DNA of 64,000 nucleotides from Batkoa obscura (Eukaryota): NCBI GenBank assembly GCA_030770535.1, contig JASVEC010000023.1, positions 310,001 to 374,000 of the forward strand, read 5' to 3'. Shown piece by piece: positions 1 to 13,597 of this stretch (position 1 is its first letter; each line of letters starts with the position of its first letter). The notes under the pieces were generated by a model. It saw only the letters and a program-made list of their open reading frames with translations, ran no database searches and was not told where the DNA came from. The position numbers and the translations under genes were made by a program.

Positions 1-95
1 GATTATATTCCTGAATTAAATATCGAAGAATAAAAATAGCGTAAAACTAAAATAAATAAACAAAATAAAGCATTTATTCATTATTTAATATTATA

Positions 96-1800
96 TTATA
101 AATTTAATTTAATTTTCTGCAATTCCAATTCAAACTCATTTAACTCCTTTAATTGTAAATTACTCCATCTTTTTAATTGATTGTTTTTATCTTCCATTTG
201 AAATATTAATTTTTTTAATTCTTCTATTTCATTCAAATGATTTTCATTCTTGTTTGTATTATTATTGTCTTCATTTAATTTTAGTAAATTAGCTTCAATT
301 TCTTTTAAAAATGATAGAAAGTTTTCCATTTCAATTAAGCTTAGGTTTGCGTCCTCAGTCGTATTGCTATTTAGTTTAGATTCTAATGTAGACAATTCTT
401 TCTTTAATTCTTCTTCTTTTAGTTTTAACAATTCATCTAATTAAAAAATAACATATCATTAAATAAACTCATAAAACAAAATTCATGTTAAATTACCTTC
501 TTCATCATCTTGGCTTACAACTTCATTCTTACTTTGTTGTTCCACTTTAAAATTATTATTATTATTATTGTTAAATTGAGAATTCCAATTTGAACCAATA
601 TTTGAACTTGTGTTATTAATATTATTATTATTATTCATTACATTAACATTACTGTTATTATTGCTTAAATTTCTATCAACGTTGGTATTCATTGAAGGTA
701 TAGAATTACTCACATTACTACTCATTGAGCTCATAACATTCCCATTATTCATATTACTTCCAGTATTCCCATAATTATTTGTACTAGTATTAAAACTAGT
801 ATTATAACTTATACTGTTAAAACTGGTATTAAAACTGGTATTATTTGAATTTATATTAGAGCTTGGTGGAGTAATACCCAAAAATCGATTTTTTAAATGG
901 ATTGGTAGTTGATGTGGTAATTCATGGCCTTTATTAACTAAATTCAATAAATGTAATAATAAACTAAATTGTTCCTTATTAATCTTTTGTTCTCTTTTGA
1001 CATCAATCAAATTCCATGCTTGATTTAAAGCAGCTGGTGTAAATCCTTTTTCTTTTAGAAAGGATGCTATACTATTAGCTAATAAAAAAGTGTTTCTGTT
1101 AAAATCTTCATAAAATAGATTTAGTATTAAATATTACCTTTAACAGTATGACTTTGTTTATCTTCAAACCTATAAAATAAATTATCATAGTTGACTTTAT
1201 CACTTGAATTGATATGCCAATCAATAGGTTTACTGCTCTTCATTCCGCTACTAGCAATACTACTATTAGTTGAGCTAACGGAACTTGGCTATATTTAAAA
1301 AAAAAAGATCAATGTTAATATTAAAATCGCTTCCATTACTTTAACTTCTACAAAATAAAAAAATTCTTACCCTATTCATTCCAGGCATATTATTACCAAT
1401 GACATTACTATTAGTCATTGGGAGAGATAATGGGACTGATTTCATACTTCCATTTAACATGGAAAATATAATAAACATGGCATTAACAAACTCATCTTTT
1501 TCAATAAAACCAGCACTTCGAGTGGCACATAGACTCCTAAAGTTTAGAATTTAGAATTCAATAATTGCTTTGATTTTTGGGGGTAAAATAACGGTGTACC
1601 ATATTTGAGCCAATTGCTGAGTACTTAAACCAGATTGTAAAAATAAGTTACGTGCTTTATCACCTATTAAAGGTTTTAAATTAATTAATTATTTTAAAAT
1701 TCTTATATGATTTCTACTTACTACTCAATTTTCCCATAATCAATGGTTGTTCATAATATATCTTTTCATATTTTTGTCGATCTTGATAGGGTACTTGCAT
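96..1800 (-). CDS. EH (Eps15-homology) domain endocytic adaptor: two EH domains, Asn/Ser-rich linker, C-terminal coiled coil; multi-exon
   Basis: Spliced translation from ATG 1800 reads MQVPYQDRQKYEKIY...GDKARNLFLQSGLSTQQLAQIW...DEFVNAMFII. A second EH-like block (DKVNYDNLF...LNQAWNLIDVKREQKINKEQFSLLLHLLNLVNKGHELPHQLP) follows. ORF 96..431 is heptad-rich. Short GT-AG introns separate the blocks. Confidence 0.8.
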
Positions 1801-2302
1801 ATCTGTTCTTATTAAAAATTGATAATAGTTTTCAAAGTTGAAAAACTAAATGAAAATGATGCTTTCATTCCTTAAATTAGCTATTTGCAGATGAACCAAT
1901 TAAAGTAAATTCAAGATTAAACTGTTAATGAATTAAGTTGAGTTGATTTAGTAATGAGAGAAGCTATTTGCTAGAATCAATTTGCCTTTTGATAGTTAAA
2001 ACTCAATAATGAATTAACAGGTTATAGTTAATATAAAAATAATCAGATAGAATCTTTATATTATAATGTTTAGTATCTAATAATAATACATCTATGAAGT
2101 CTTTATATCGAACTTTATTATTACCGAACAAGCTATTTATTTAGTAACTAATTAATTTATTATCACTCATCCCTCCACTTTTAGCTATTCTTTTAAAATT
2201 TTTAAACTCCACCAATAAAATATCAAACAGTAGTCATTTTTTTAAATGACATAAATAATGAAGAAAAAACTACAGGATTTTATCTTTTAGTCAAATATAA
2301 AA

Positions 2303-3978
2303 ATGATTGAAATCAACTATACTCAACCATTGAATAGCTATAATGGTAGCAAAGTAGTCTTCTTAGGAGAAAAGCCATTATTAAAAAGCGATGAATTCTT
2401 AAACCAAGGTTTGTCTTTCATCTTCAGCTCCTGGGGTTTAGTTGAAGCTAATAATGCCGAATTTGAAACTTTTAAAAGTAATTATTCAACTAAAGATATC
2501 TCTTCTTACTCCAATTGGTTAAAAATTAGTAATTTTATTTTCTATTTAGTTGTTTATCGAGATATTAAGGGTATTTATATTAGATAATAAATCTGTTGGA
2601 GTAAGTTTTTCTACTATTAGTGACTCTAAAGGTCGTAATAACGCAACTATCCGCGCTGATTTGATCCCTAACTTGGTAAAAAAATACGTTGATGAAGCTG
2701 AGGATGGCGAGCAAGGTAATTGGATTACATTACATACTAAAAAAGATATTTCTTAACATAATTTCTTAAGTCCAAGTTGTATTTGTTGTTGAAAAAGAAC
2801 AGGCTTTTGCTGCTGGTTGGTGAGTTTTAAAAAAGAATGCAATCGAAACAAATTTAATTATTCTTCCTTTTTGTAGCGCTGTTGCTCGTGCCTTCCCACT
2901 TTATACTCGTAAAACAAAATCTCAAAGCAATAAAACTTTAACTGTTAACTTTGTTGGTATCAATGGTACTCCATTATCCAATATCAACCTAGGTGAGTTA
3001 CAAGTAGTTAGTGAGAACATTCGATTAGCAGCCAGGCTTAGTGATATGCCATGTTCCGAATTAAATACCAATACATATATTGAAGAAGTAAAAGCCGCTA
3101 TCAAGGGTTTAGATAATGTCAAATTAGAAATCATTCAAGGTGAAGAACTAAATCAACGTGGTTTCGGTGGTCTATGGGGAGTAGGTAAAGCTGCTGTCAA
3201 TTTACCAGCATTAGTTATCTTAAGCTATGAACCAACCAACAAAAACGAAACAAGCAAAAGAATAGCATTAGTTGGTAAAGGTATTTGTTACGATACTGGG
3301 GGTTTATCCTTAAAGAGTACTACTGGTATGCCAGGTATGAAAGTTGACATGGCTGGTTCAGCAGCTGTGTTGGGCAGCTTTTTGTCTTTAGTTAAAAACC
3401 AAACTTCCCATACAGTTTTTGGTTTATTATGCTTAGCTGAAAATTCATGTGATCAATTATCTACTCGACCAGATGATATACTTGATATGTATTCTGGCGT
3501 TACTGTTGAAGTTAACAACACTGATGCTGAAGGTCGATTAGTTTTAGGAGATGGTGTAAGTTATGCATCTAAACATTTAGAAGTAGATCAAATTATTGAT
3601 ATTGCTACCTTAACTGGTGCTCAAATTATTACCACTGGTCCAAATCATGCTGGTGTTATGAGCAATCAAGAAGGTTATGAGACTAAAGTAGTTAAAGCTG
3701 GTCATATTACTGGTGATTTAGCATTTCCTATGATTTATTCAAAAGAATTTTTACTAAAGGAATTAGAATCGGAAGTTGCTGATCTTAAAAATTCTAATAA
3801 AAATGGCCCTACAACTGCCGCCTCTTCATTAGCTGGTCATTTTATTGAAGCCCATTTGGATAAAGAATATAAAGGCGTTTGGTGCCATGTCGATATTGCT
3901 GGTCCCGCTAGTAAAAAACATCGTTGTACTGGGTTTGGTGTAGCTCTTTTGTATGAGTTGGTCAAACAACAAAATTAA
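2303..3978 (+). CDS. M17 leucyl aminopeptidase (NPEPL1-like), multi-exon
   Basis: Metal-binding motifs VGKGICYDTGGLSLK, MKVDMAG, NNTDAEGRLVLGD and DIATLTGA. 5' exons are joined by short GT-AG introns. Confidence 0.93.
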
Positions 3979-4339
3979 GTAATGAATAAATAAAATTCAA
4001 TCTTTTTATAATGATTTTGATTTTAATCGTTTTTCATCTTTATTCAAAGCGATGGTGTTTCGAATGAGAATCAATATTAAATTTAGTAAAGATAACTAGA
4101 TTAAGTAGTCAGGAAACAATATCAACCTTGTAAGAAGGACAATTTTAATTTTAGATAGTCAAGCCTTATAGTTTTTCTTTTCACTTCTCTATTACACGTT
4201 TGGTATATGGTAACAAATTTTATTTCATGAGTGTATCAACTTAATCATTCATGATGTTATATAAATATAAGAGTTCACAGTAGAAAGCTGTATGATGATA
4301 ATACCTTGAATTAAAAAGAAACAGACAAAAAAATAGGTA

Positions 4340-4412
4340 TGGAGAACCCGGGCATCGATCCCGGTGCCTCTCGCATGCTAAGCGAGCGCTCTACCATCTG
4401 AGCTAGTTCCCC
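4340..4412 (-). tRNA. tRNA-Ala (AGC)
   Basis: Reverse complement GGGGAACTAGCTCAGATGGTAGAGCGCTCGCTTAGCATGCGAGAGGCACCGGGATCGATGCCCGGGTTCTCCA folds to a cloverleaf with anticodon AGC and a G3:U70 pair. A T-run terminator lies downstream. Confidence 0.96.
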
Positions 4413-4522
4413 TTATATATGTTAATTGCTTTTTACATGAAAATTTTTAGATATAAATTTTTGAAATTAAACATTAGAAAATTAGCTTTATTTTTTATTT
4501 TGTTTTATTTTCTTTATTTTTA

Positions 4523-5734
4523 ATGAGTTCAAAGGGAGATAATGAGTTTAATGAAAATAATAATAATAATGGTAAGATTGATTTACAAAATGAATAGTTG
4601 ATTTATAATTGTTATTAAAGTAAAAGAAAACAACTTAACAATGAAAAAACCAGAAGATAATTTATATAAGCGAGAATTAACACCACGTAAATAAGAATCG
4701 TTGTTACCAACTTAAATCAAAATTAACGATTCATCAAATTATTTAGCCCCTGAACAAGCACCAGAATTAGATTGCACTCAAGACCTAATAACGTTGTATC
4801 AATTGATAGGCAAGTATAAAAAATTAAGTCAACCTTATATTGGTAAAAAAGTAGAAAAAGTATTTAAACAAAATTATGAAGATTATGTCTACGATTTGCC
4901 AGGTAGGAACAATTGGTGATACTGATAAAAAAGTAACTTGTTTAATCTCAATTCAACTAATAGGGAAAATGGATTACACTCCTGACGAATATTTACAAAA
5001 CTTATGGAGCCGTGGCTGGAATAAAGAAGAACAATTAAATCTACCTAAACTAGAAAACCTTGATTATAAGACTTTTAGTTTAGATCCAGGATTTAAAGCT
5101 CCTGAGGTAAGAATAGTAATAATGTACAAATAATATTTGATACTGATAGTAGATGATATGGTTTATGTTAATTTTTTATTAATAAATATAAATAGGAGAT
5201 AACTACAATGTTTTCCGATGAGATTAAAGACAAAGGACTGGTTATCCTAGATCAATCTAACATACCAACACCGAAGCTAAATATTAAACAGAATAACCTG
5301 GAGGGCATGGAAGGTAAGCTCTTGAAATATCAATAAAATGAAGTGAATGAGATATATTAATTTGAATTAGATATAGAAATTGAAATTGAAGATAAGTCGT
5401 CAAATAGTGGGGATAAAATTTATATTAAAAGAGTAAGTTTATTCATACGTTTTTATTATTATTTAAAAGTGTGTGTGGGAGAAAGGAATCAGGAATAGAA
5501 ATCAGGATAATGGTATATATTTATTAATTTACTATATAGAAAAAAAAGAGATTGGAAGAAGGTGAAGATGAAGGAGAAAGTTCAAGTTTTGGGTTTGAAG
5601 ATGGAGAGAAAAAGAAAAAGAAAAAGAAGAAAAAAAGAGTAAGATTTTCGAACTGTAATTGAGTTTTAAATGACAAAGATTTTAACAATACATTCTTTTA
5701 GCCAGATAGAGAGGATTATACGGATGGTATTTAA
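4523..5734 (+). CDS. MED19: Probable Mediator subunit 19 (Rox3/MED19-like), many short exons
   Basis: Spliced product contains LDCTQDLITLYQL...KQNYEDYVYDLPGK, resembling the Med19/Rox3 core (QDLI..Y.L...Y...I.DLPGK). It ends in a Lys-rich tail (EKKKKKKKKKR) typical of MED19. Recognised from memory of the family, no search run. Confidence 0.55.
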
Positions 5735-5831
5735 AGTACTGCTTATTTAATAAAAGGAACCAATTAAAGTTGTTTTATTTATATTTAATGTACTGTTTTG
5801 TTTAATTGTTTTTTTCTTTTCTTATTTTATT

Positions 5832-6743
5832 ATGGTACAATCATTTAACTTTGAAGCTGTTAAGAATGTATTTTACTTATTTAAACCAAGTTATTTTAAA
5901 CCTAAATTAATTGTTGAAAGTAATAAATAAACTTAACTTAATATGAAAGTAATATGAAAATAACATATAAATTTTAGATTTCGCTGAAATCAATTTCCAT
6001 TCCTTGAAACAACAAGGTATTAAGAGATTAGTATTTGATAAAGATAATTGTATTACAGAGCCTTATTGTGATGACATTTACTCAAAATACACAGTATGAA
6101 TTATTTATTCTATTAAACAATATGAGTAGTAATTTATTTAAAAAAATTAGGAACATTGGAAAGAGTGTTTGAATACATTCGGTAAAGACAATGTATTTAT
6201 ATTATCAAATAATATCGGTACACAATCAGAAGATAAGGAGTTTAAAAAGGTAATATTAGTTGATGAAGTTAGTGAATTATTTAATTGCTGTTATATTCTG
6301 TTTAGGCTGATAAGTTAAGTTTAGTTTATAGTAAGTTGGTTTTATTTCCGTTTTGTTTTCATTCATTCGTTTGATTTTCTTTTAGACGTGAAAGTATTAA
6401 AGCATATCAAAAAAGTAAATACAACAATGCTAAACAACTACAATAATATCCACTAACAATGTAATCCTATCGTAGAAACCCAACTTGGATGACTTGACAT
6501 ATAGTGAAATTGTACAAAATCATGAGCCAAAAGAAATCTGTATGATAGGAGATAGATTATTTACGGATATTTTATTAGCGAATAAATATCAATTTTATTC
6601 CATACTAACCAAAGCATTTTCTTTGGATAAAGATAATAAATGGGCTAAAGCTGTAAGTTTTGTTATATTTATTGAATTATGCTACGTTTATATTGTTGTT
6701 GTTTTTTTAGATAAGATCTTTGGAATATAGATATTTTTTATAA
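5832..6743 (+). CDS. GEP4: Mitochondrial phosphatidylglycerophosphatase (HAD, Gep4/YqeG-like), multi-exon
   Basis: N-terminus MVQSFNFEAV, HAD motif I LVFDKDNCITEPY, ILSNN, and motif IV MIGDRLFTDILLAN. Confidence 0.88.
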
Positions 6744-6924
6744 AATAAACGATATAAATAAAGTATAGATATATTTTTATTATTTTTATTATTTTATTTA
6801 ATAAGATTATAAAAATGAAAAAAGATAGAAAGAATGAGGAAAAGGGAAACTATACTGAAGCGATTTGACAGCAGTGACATTAAAGAAGTATAAAAATAAC
6901 AGCAATCCATAAGCTACAACCCAT

Positions 6925-8025
6925 TTAATCATCCCCTAAATTTAAAGTACGAATGGGGGATTGATTTAAGTAAGTAATTTTTTTACTTTTTTTAATATGT
7001 TCACTTAAACCATGGTTAAAATTACGATAGCAAACATATGTTTGATAAGCTGTTAATAATAATAATAATAATGTTATCACAGCAAATACAGTTAATCCAT
7101 TCCTTGTATTATCATATTTACTTTGATATGGGTAATAAATACGTACTAATTTATAACAGAAATAAACAGCTGAGAGCATTAGGCCTAGAAAAATGAATTG
7201 TTAGTTTCGTTGCTTATTGTTTATTAATGTTTACCAAATATGAACGAAGCAATCAACATTTTGTTTTCATAACGAATACCATAGATAGCCAATACTAAAA
7301 TCAACAGAATAACTGGAAAGGCTAAAATATTTAACCAAAACTCATAATCTGTAGCAGATAGAATAAGAACCAAAAATTGTAGTGAAAAACCCATAAAAAA
7401 GAAGAAAGCTACTTTTAGTAATAACATTAAAATATGATACTGTAAAAACATATTTTTCATTTCTGTATGTGCTCCTATCTTTTTATAAATTTCCCAACCA
7501 TATTCTTTATACAATTTAAATGTTAAATAGCAATAAATTGGTGATATTAATCCCAAAATGATACAAACACTAAGTAATAAAGGACAAATGGCCTTGAAAT
7601 CGAAAGTGATATCACTAATAGTATTATTATCTGTAAAATTCAAACATTGGTTATTGTTAGCATTAGATAACTGAGTAACCTGTATAATAGAGTAACCAAA
7701 GCATCCAATGTTGAAGATACATAATCCGATTAATTGAATGGTATTCTTATTTTTGATAGCGTCAAAAGCTAAAATTAGTTGAAATATTCTTGAGAATATA
7801 AAGATGGAGATATATACATTGATAATCCGACAAAAAAAATTACTTTGATTTAATGTCATTAATTCAATAAATATTATGATGATAGACTCTAATATCGCTA
7901 ATATTATTAAACTCCAAGAATATATTGAATACCCTTTATATCGCCAGTCCTATTTAATTTGATTTTTAGTAAGATTGTTAGTATATTATATTATCTTTAC
8001 TTACTTTGTTAATCCACCTCATCAT
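6925..8025 (-). CDS. UPF0658-like multi-pass membrane protein
   Basis: Motifs FQLILAFDAIKNKNTIQLIGLCIFN, LYKEYGWEIYKKIGA and CYRNFNHGL; many TM segments; two introns; ATG at about 8025. Confidence 0.75.
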
Positions 8026-9258
8026 TTTGATATTATTGAATTGTGAAAATATTGGACTACTAATTAATTATACTTATAAGAGAAATCTTAATAAAATTCA
8101 ATAATAGTTTCAAAAAAAAGAGAAAATAATGATTAATTTATCCGCTTGAATTTATTTTTAAGTTAGAAGAAGAAAAATAAAAACTTAAAAATTTTAAGTT
8201 AAAATTTCAATAAATTTTATTGGTTGATTAATACCCCTTTTGGTTACTGTTTATTATTTTTGAAGTTTAATCTGTTTAATTTAAATTTATTTGGTTCAAA
8301 ACGTAAGGCTGTTTATATTTAAACTTTCTATTCTTTTACCTTTATCATTTTAATTAAGTTCTTTACTTTAACTATAATAGTTAGCATTTAATCTATAAAT
8401 AAAAAATTATAGAAGTATTACTGTTTTCTTCAAATAAGCAATTAATTCATATCCCTATATAACTTAGCTTATTATCGTCTTATAACACAGCGCTCAATTT
8501 TAGCCCTTAATTAAAAATATTGCCATTTACTGATATACAATTTTCACAACAATTAGTTAATTTTAAAATGATTTAATATTAATAAATTGTTCTTAATTTT
8601 ATACTACCAAGCTTTTTAACTTCTTGGAAGGAACGACTACCAAATTTCATAAAAATTTCCAAAGATCATTTACTATAAATGAGCAAAGCATAGATCAAAT
8701 AAATCGATCAATGTTGTAAAGTAATACTTCAAGAGATTTACAATTATTTAACCTGTTTCAACAACAAGCAATCCCATTGAACGTAATGCCTGGAATTCCG
8801 GTTCTGTAAGAAAGGCTTGGTCCTATCTATAACTCACCCTAATCATCCCTTAAATGATAGACTGCCTATAAAAATATTAGAAGATTTAGATATGCCAGGA
8901 TTCGGTTTAAATTTAATACAAGATGAGAGAATTGGCAAAACTAGTAAAAAGATCAAAGTAGAAAGACTACAACAACAAATAATAACTGTAACCACAATTA
9001 AAGACACCTAAATCCAAATCTAAGGAAGCTAAATGAATATGACATCGGTATTCCCTATAATTAAGATACCATGAAATAAAATTAATTGTTTTGATTGTCA
9101 TAAAAACCAAAGTTTTAAAATTAATGTCTTTGTAATAAATTAATTGTTTCAAATAAAATCACAAAACTAATTCATTTTATTTATATATTGATATTTTTCA
9201 ATGTGTTATTTTTAGTCATTTTATCTACATAATTTATTTACTTATTAGAACTAGAAAT

Positions 9259-9354
9259 GGGGATGTATTTTTGTATTTAATAATTTTACTAACAAATTTT
9301 CCGCTTAAATAGCATTTAAAAATGGAAAAAGTATGAAGCCAAAAAAACATTCCC
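9259..9354 (+). mobile_element. ~98-bp MITE copy
   Basis: GGGGATGT...CATTCCC; TSD AAAT/AAAT. Confidence 0.85.
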
Positions 9355-9405
9355 AAATAGAGGACTATGAACTATCATAAATTCATTAGATTTATTTTAT
9401 TCTAA

Positions 9406-10539
9406 TTAACATACACCACCTAATCTAATACCCCAAATATACAAGTGATCATTTACCGAAGGAGTATACCATTTCGAAGCAGAACAATTAGGATCTTCTA
9501 AATAATAATCGCCACAATAGACGTCTTTATTACCATTTACCCAGACCTCATGATGATGGTGATAATAATTAGATATCAGCTTAATTTGTGGAGGTAAATG
9601 AGGTACAATATCGTTATTGTTGACAGCTCGGGTTAATGTGAATCTTTGTTGATTTAAATAACGTGCGAATTCTTTATCCCCAACTCTTGGTTCGCCATAA
9701 GTAAACACTTCTAATTTATTATCATTTAAACCTAGCCTTTGTCTTAACATCAAAGAGCTCAATACGCCTATTGCTCCGCCTAAACTATGCCCAACAACAA
9801 CTAACTTATAATTTTTGTTTTTAATCAATAAACTTCTTAAGTCATTGACATACATAGGTAATAGCCTATCACTACATTGTTTAAATCCGCGATGTACTTT
9901 ATATTCTTTGTTATTAAATACAATTGGATCTTTAAAAAATTTAGCGTCTTGTATAAAATTTCTTAATGTTGAAGTTCCACGGAAGCCTAAAATAATGGCT
10001 TTCTTATTTTTATCAATTCCTAGGTAAGCTTTGGTTTGTGTTGATTTGTCGAAATAAGTTCCTACATGCTGAACTGGGACTTCTTTACAATGAGAGCAGG
10101 ACCATGCCTTTAAATTTTCATCATTACAATAAGCAGCTCCAGCCAATCTAGCATAATATTTACTTGTTTGAATATCACCTGCTTTCAGTTGGGTTGGCAT
10201 CTCAAACGCACGTGAGTCAGACATCTCCTGTGGTTCAAATTTGGTGTTATTTTTTAAATAGTTTAAATTTTCTATTAAATCTTTAAAGTAGTCGTCTACA
10301 ACTGGCTTCTTGTTTGTATTGACATTCAAGCTGGCTCTACTGTCATTTGATGGTAATACGTTACCAACACTATTATCTGATGGCAGTAGACTCTTATTAC
10401 TATTATTTGATGGCAATACCTCACCATTGTTGATGGTAGTAGCAATATTACAGCGATTTACAGCTGCTTGATATTGTTGAACTAATGATATACCATAAAA
10501 GAAAGCAATAAAGGCCGCCTTATTGTAGCTTAAAAGCAT
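9406..10539 (-). CDS. Secreted class-3 triacylglycerol lipase (Rhizopus/Rhizomucor-type) with signal peptide and propeptide
   Basis: Motifs FRGT, VHRGF, nucleophile GHSLGG, YGEPRVG, DIVPHLPP and a C-terminal DH. Hydrophobic N-terminus; intronless. Confidence 0.95.
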   Translation of the reverse strand: MLLSYNKAAFIAFFYGISLVQQYQAAVNRCNIATTINNGEVLPSNNSNKSLLPSDNSVGNVLPSNDSRASLNVNTNKKPVVDDYFKDLIENLNYLKNNTKFEPQEMSDSRAFEMPTQLKAGDIQTSKYYARLAGAAYCNDENLKAWSCSHCKEVPVQHVGTYFDKSTQTKAYLGIDKNKKAIILGFRGTSTLRNFIQDAKFFKDPIVFNNKEYKVHRGFKQCSDRLLPMYVNDLRSLLIKNKNYKLVVVGHSLGGAIGVLSSLMLRQRLGLNDNKLEVFTYGEPRVGDKEFARYLNQQRFTLTRAVNNNDIVPHLPPQIKLISNYYHHHHEVWVNGNKDVYCGDYYLEDPNCSASKWYTPSVNDHLYIWGIRLGGVC

Positions 10540-11524
10540 TTTTATATTATAAATTAATTAAATTAATATTAAAGGGTGTTTAATATAATCCCACATATTG
10601 CGAGGTTTTTATACTTTTCAATGAGCAAGCATTTGTGATAGTTACAATATAATTTTATATTTATATGATCAGATTACTTAATAGAAGTAGGCTTAAAGAA
10701 TAGTCAAATTGTTTATTATAGACACATCCAATAGGAATACACTTACCGCTCTTATTTTATTGAAATGTTCTTTATTTTAATTAAAGTATATTCTATAGCT
10801 TCGTCTTTCTTATAATATATTCCTACTTCTTAATCTTCAAATGCAGTTACTTAATTTATTAATTGAAAATTGCACTAATTTGAAGACAAAATGGAATATT
10901 TTCATCATGGGAAAAAAAGTGGAATTCTTTATTTTTTATTAGAGAATACTCGGAAGTAGCGTGGTTTATTAATACCTTAAATTAAATTAGTGATGTGGAA
11001 ATCAATTATTATCCTCCTTTTTATTAGGAAGAAATATATTCATTTATCTCTATTTCAATCACTACTTTTTATCCACACTCTCTGTTTTTTTTTTATCTTT
11101 ACCTTCTTGTTTATTTCAAATTTTAAAAATCCAATTTGCTATTTATGGTAACTATTTATATGCTAATTGACGATATAACACTTGTTAACATTAGTTAATT
11201 ATAAATATTATGTTTGATTCGAAATAACAATCCCTATTAAATACCTAAAATGTATCATACATAAATCCCTTTAACCCTAATGATAATTTTCAGTTTTAAT
11301 TTATTGATTAGTATCATAAGTTATCAAAAAAGTACATTTAATAAAATAATGTTATAAAAACATTATAAAAACACTATAAAAACATTAATAATAATATAAA
11401 CAGATAGTAGATGCAGAAAAAACAAAGTTACAAAATACAATTTCTTTAACTTTTTAATACATTTAATTCTAAAAAAAATAGCTAAATTATAAGATCTTAT
11501 GACTCTTTCTTTCTAATAATATAT

Positions 11525-11618
11525 GAGGATATTTTTTGTCTTCATCACTTATATCTTTTAAGCACTACTTGGATGGAAAAATTGTTAATGAAATTCTTAA
11601 GCATAAAAATATATCCCT
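11525..11618 (-). mobile_element. ~98-bp MITE copy
   Basis: Matches consensus; TSD ATAT/ATAT. Confidence 0.82.
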
Positions 11619-12219
11619 ATATACTAATTTATTATTATTAAATTTCAGCATTTATAATAGAAAAAGGAATAATAAATGTGAATCAATTATCCTTTATTAT
11701 GAAGCTTGTATTCTAAAAACGATAATGTTTTATACAATGAATATAAATACAATTTACATCAAACCTATTATATAACAGTTTTTAACAATATCACTTGTAA
11801 TTTTATAAACTAAATAATTATAGTTTAAGTTACTTTAATTTTACTTACTTTAATTTTACTTAATTTAAAGGTTTGAGCTAATTTACTCATAAAAAAACAA
11901 TATACTATTGAATATTATAGACTTTAGGAAGATTAAAAACATTACCTTCATAAACAGTTATTGGCTGTATAATAGTTAATCACATAAGAAAAGCAAAAAA
12001 TTAAATGACACCAACAATATGCAAAAGGAATATACATTTTAATCAAGGATCTCAGACACCTACTGTGGTTCCATACTATATGTGGTATATATATGCTGTT
12101 CTTATTCTCAATACAAAAATCGGGTAAATATTTGATTTTGGGGATAAATATACTTTTAGTATTTTTTAATAAATAAATCAGTAAATTTTTAATTACTTCC
12201 CTTTTTTCTTATTTTAGCC

Positions 12220-12530
12220 ATATATGATGCTATCGCTGCTATGTTACTTTTATAGTTGCTTAGACCAATTTCAATTATATTAGTGAATAATGCTATTGAT
12301 GTAATAATTTTATGATCCGTTTTATTGAATAACACTTTTTTACATTTATTAAAAATAGTTTAGTTAACCGCTATATTACCATGAATGTATACTGCCTCTT
12401 TGCTAGTATACTTTATTAGCTTATATAATCCTTTGGAACATTAGAAAAAGTTTGAAAGGTCATTAAAATCCAGGACATATTTGATAACATTTATTGCTAT
12501 TTCAGTTGACAGTATGTAAGATGAGTATTT
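12220..12530 (-). pseudogene. F-box family 2 pseudogene fragment
   Basis: Minus strand reads ILSTEIAINVIKYVLDFNDLSNFF*CSKGLYKLIKYTSKEAVYIHGNIAVN*TIFNKCKKVLFNKTDHKIITSIALF. This is an F-box pattern with in-frame stops, homologous to the 18.7-19.2 kb copy. Confidence 0.6.
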
Positions 12531-13174
12531 TGATTGAAAGTTTATAGCTTGTTGATTATTTATTGGTAAAATGATTTTGTATTCCTAAATTAAAATAAAA
12601 AGTTACGAAGAAATGGTTTTTTAAATTTATAGTCTTTATATATTGTTGGGTGAACCATATGATCTTTTATTAACAAAACTGGCTATTTCACTATCATTTT
12701 ATATAGCAATAAATAATATAAAAAAGCTGTGCACTAAATTTAAAAAGGCAATGTATTAGTATTTTGATATTTTTATAATTTCCTTCAAAATAATATCAAC
12801 AATAAAAAAATCAAACAGTAGCATTAATATGAATATTTATATTATAATAAATCTTATTTGATAAATATATTGAAAATGCTTAACAAAAACAATGATATTA
12901 TCTAAAAGTGTTGCATAAATATCATTTTTTTTTATCTTTCATTTTTGATCCAAAGCATCTTGTTAATTTGTTTCTTAAAGACATACCACCTCAAAAGCGC
13001 TATACCAAAGAAATTAATAATAAAGTTATAAATAACTAACATGTATAAAAATATTGATACTTTTTTAATTGCTCCTTTGATTTAAATAATAATAAAATGT
13101 AAATTTTATAGCTTTTTTTTAAATTTTTTATTTAAATCTAACCTTCCTATTTTTCATATGTTAAAACTGAATCC

Positions 13175-13597
13175 TTAAAGCGAAACTTTGCTATCAACCT
13201 TGCCCGCTTTTACAGTGTTATTACCAGGGATAAGTTTAATCATAGAAATATCATGATTAGGTAAATTTTCTACTACATTTTTCAACTCATTACTTGCATC
13301 TGATAAACTAACGATTCTTACTGAACTCATGACGTCATTAGCTTCATCCACAACGTCTCCAGCAGGTTTATTTAAATACCAAACATCTCCGCTGCAATCT
13401 GCATCAGCGTATATATAAACCTTTTCCCAGGTCATGACTTCATCCCATGAAGTCATTTTGTCATTAAACCAAGCGGGAACATTAGTGCATCCTGGATTAA
13501 ATACACTCCAAGACCAACCAGATCTACCCCCATCTTGATAAAAGCAAAGAGATTTAACAGCAGTAACAAGTGCAATTAAAAAATAAAGGTAAAGCAT
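13175..13597 (-). CDS. Small secreted beta/gamma-crystallin-like protein (paralog 1)
   Basis: Signal peptide MLYLYFLIALVTA. Two Greek-key-like repeats: FYQDGGRSG...FNDKMTS and IYADADCSG...NDVMSSVRI. Real ATG at 13597. Confidence 0.75.
   Translation of the reverse strand: MLYLYFLIALVTAVKSLCFYQDGGRSGWSWSVFNPGCTNVPAWFNDKMTSWDEVMTWEKVYIYADADCSGDVWYLNKPAGDVVDEANDVMSSVRIVSLSDASNELKNVVENLPNHDISMIKLIPGNNTVKAGKVDSKVSL

Noticed and set aside
540..870. AAT/ATT-rich low-complexity tract as a non-coding microsatellite
   Set aside because: It encodes the Asn/Ser-rich linker of the EH-domain protein.
11536..11775. Short ORFs with similar peptides (11536, 18211, 60185, tail of 45761, start of 60409) suggesting a peptide family
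   Set aside because: The shared residues (e.g. FKHYLxGKIVxxILKHKN) are chance translations of the MITE sequence.
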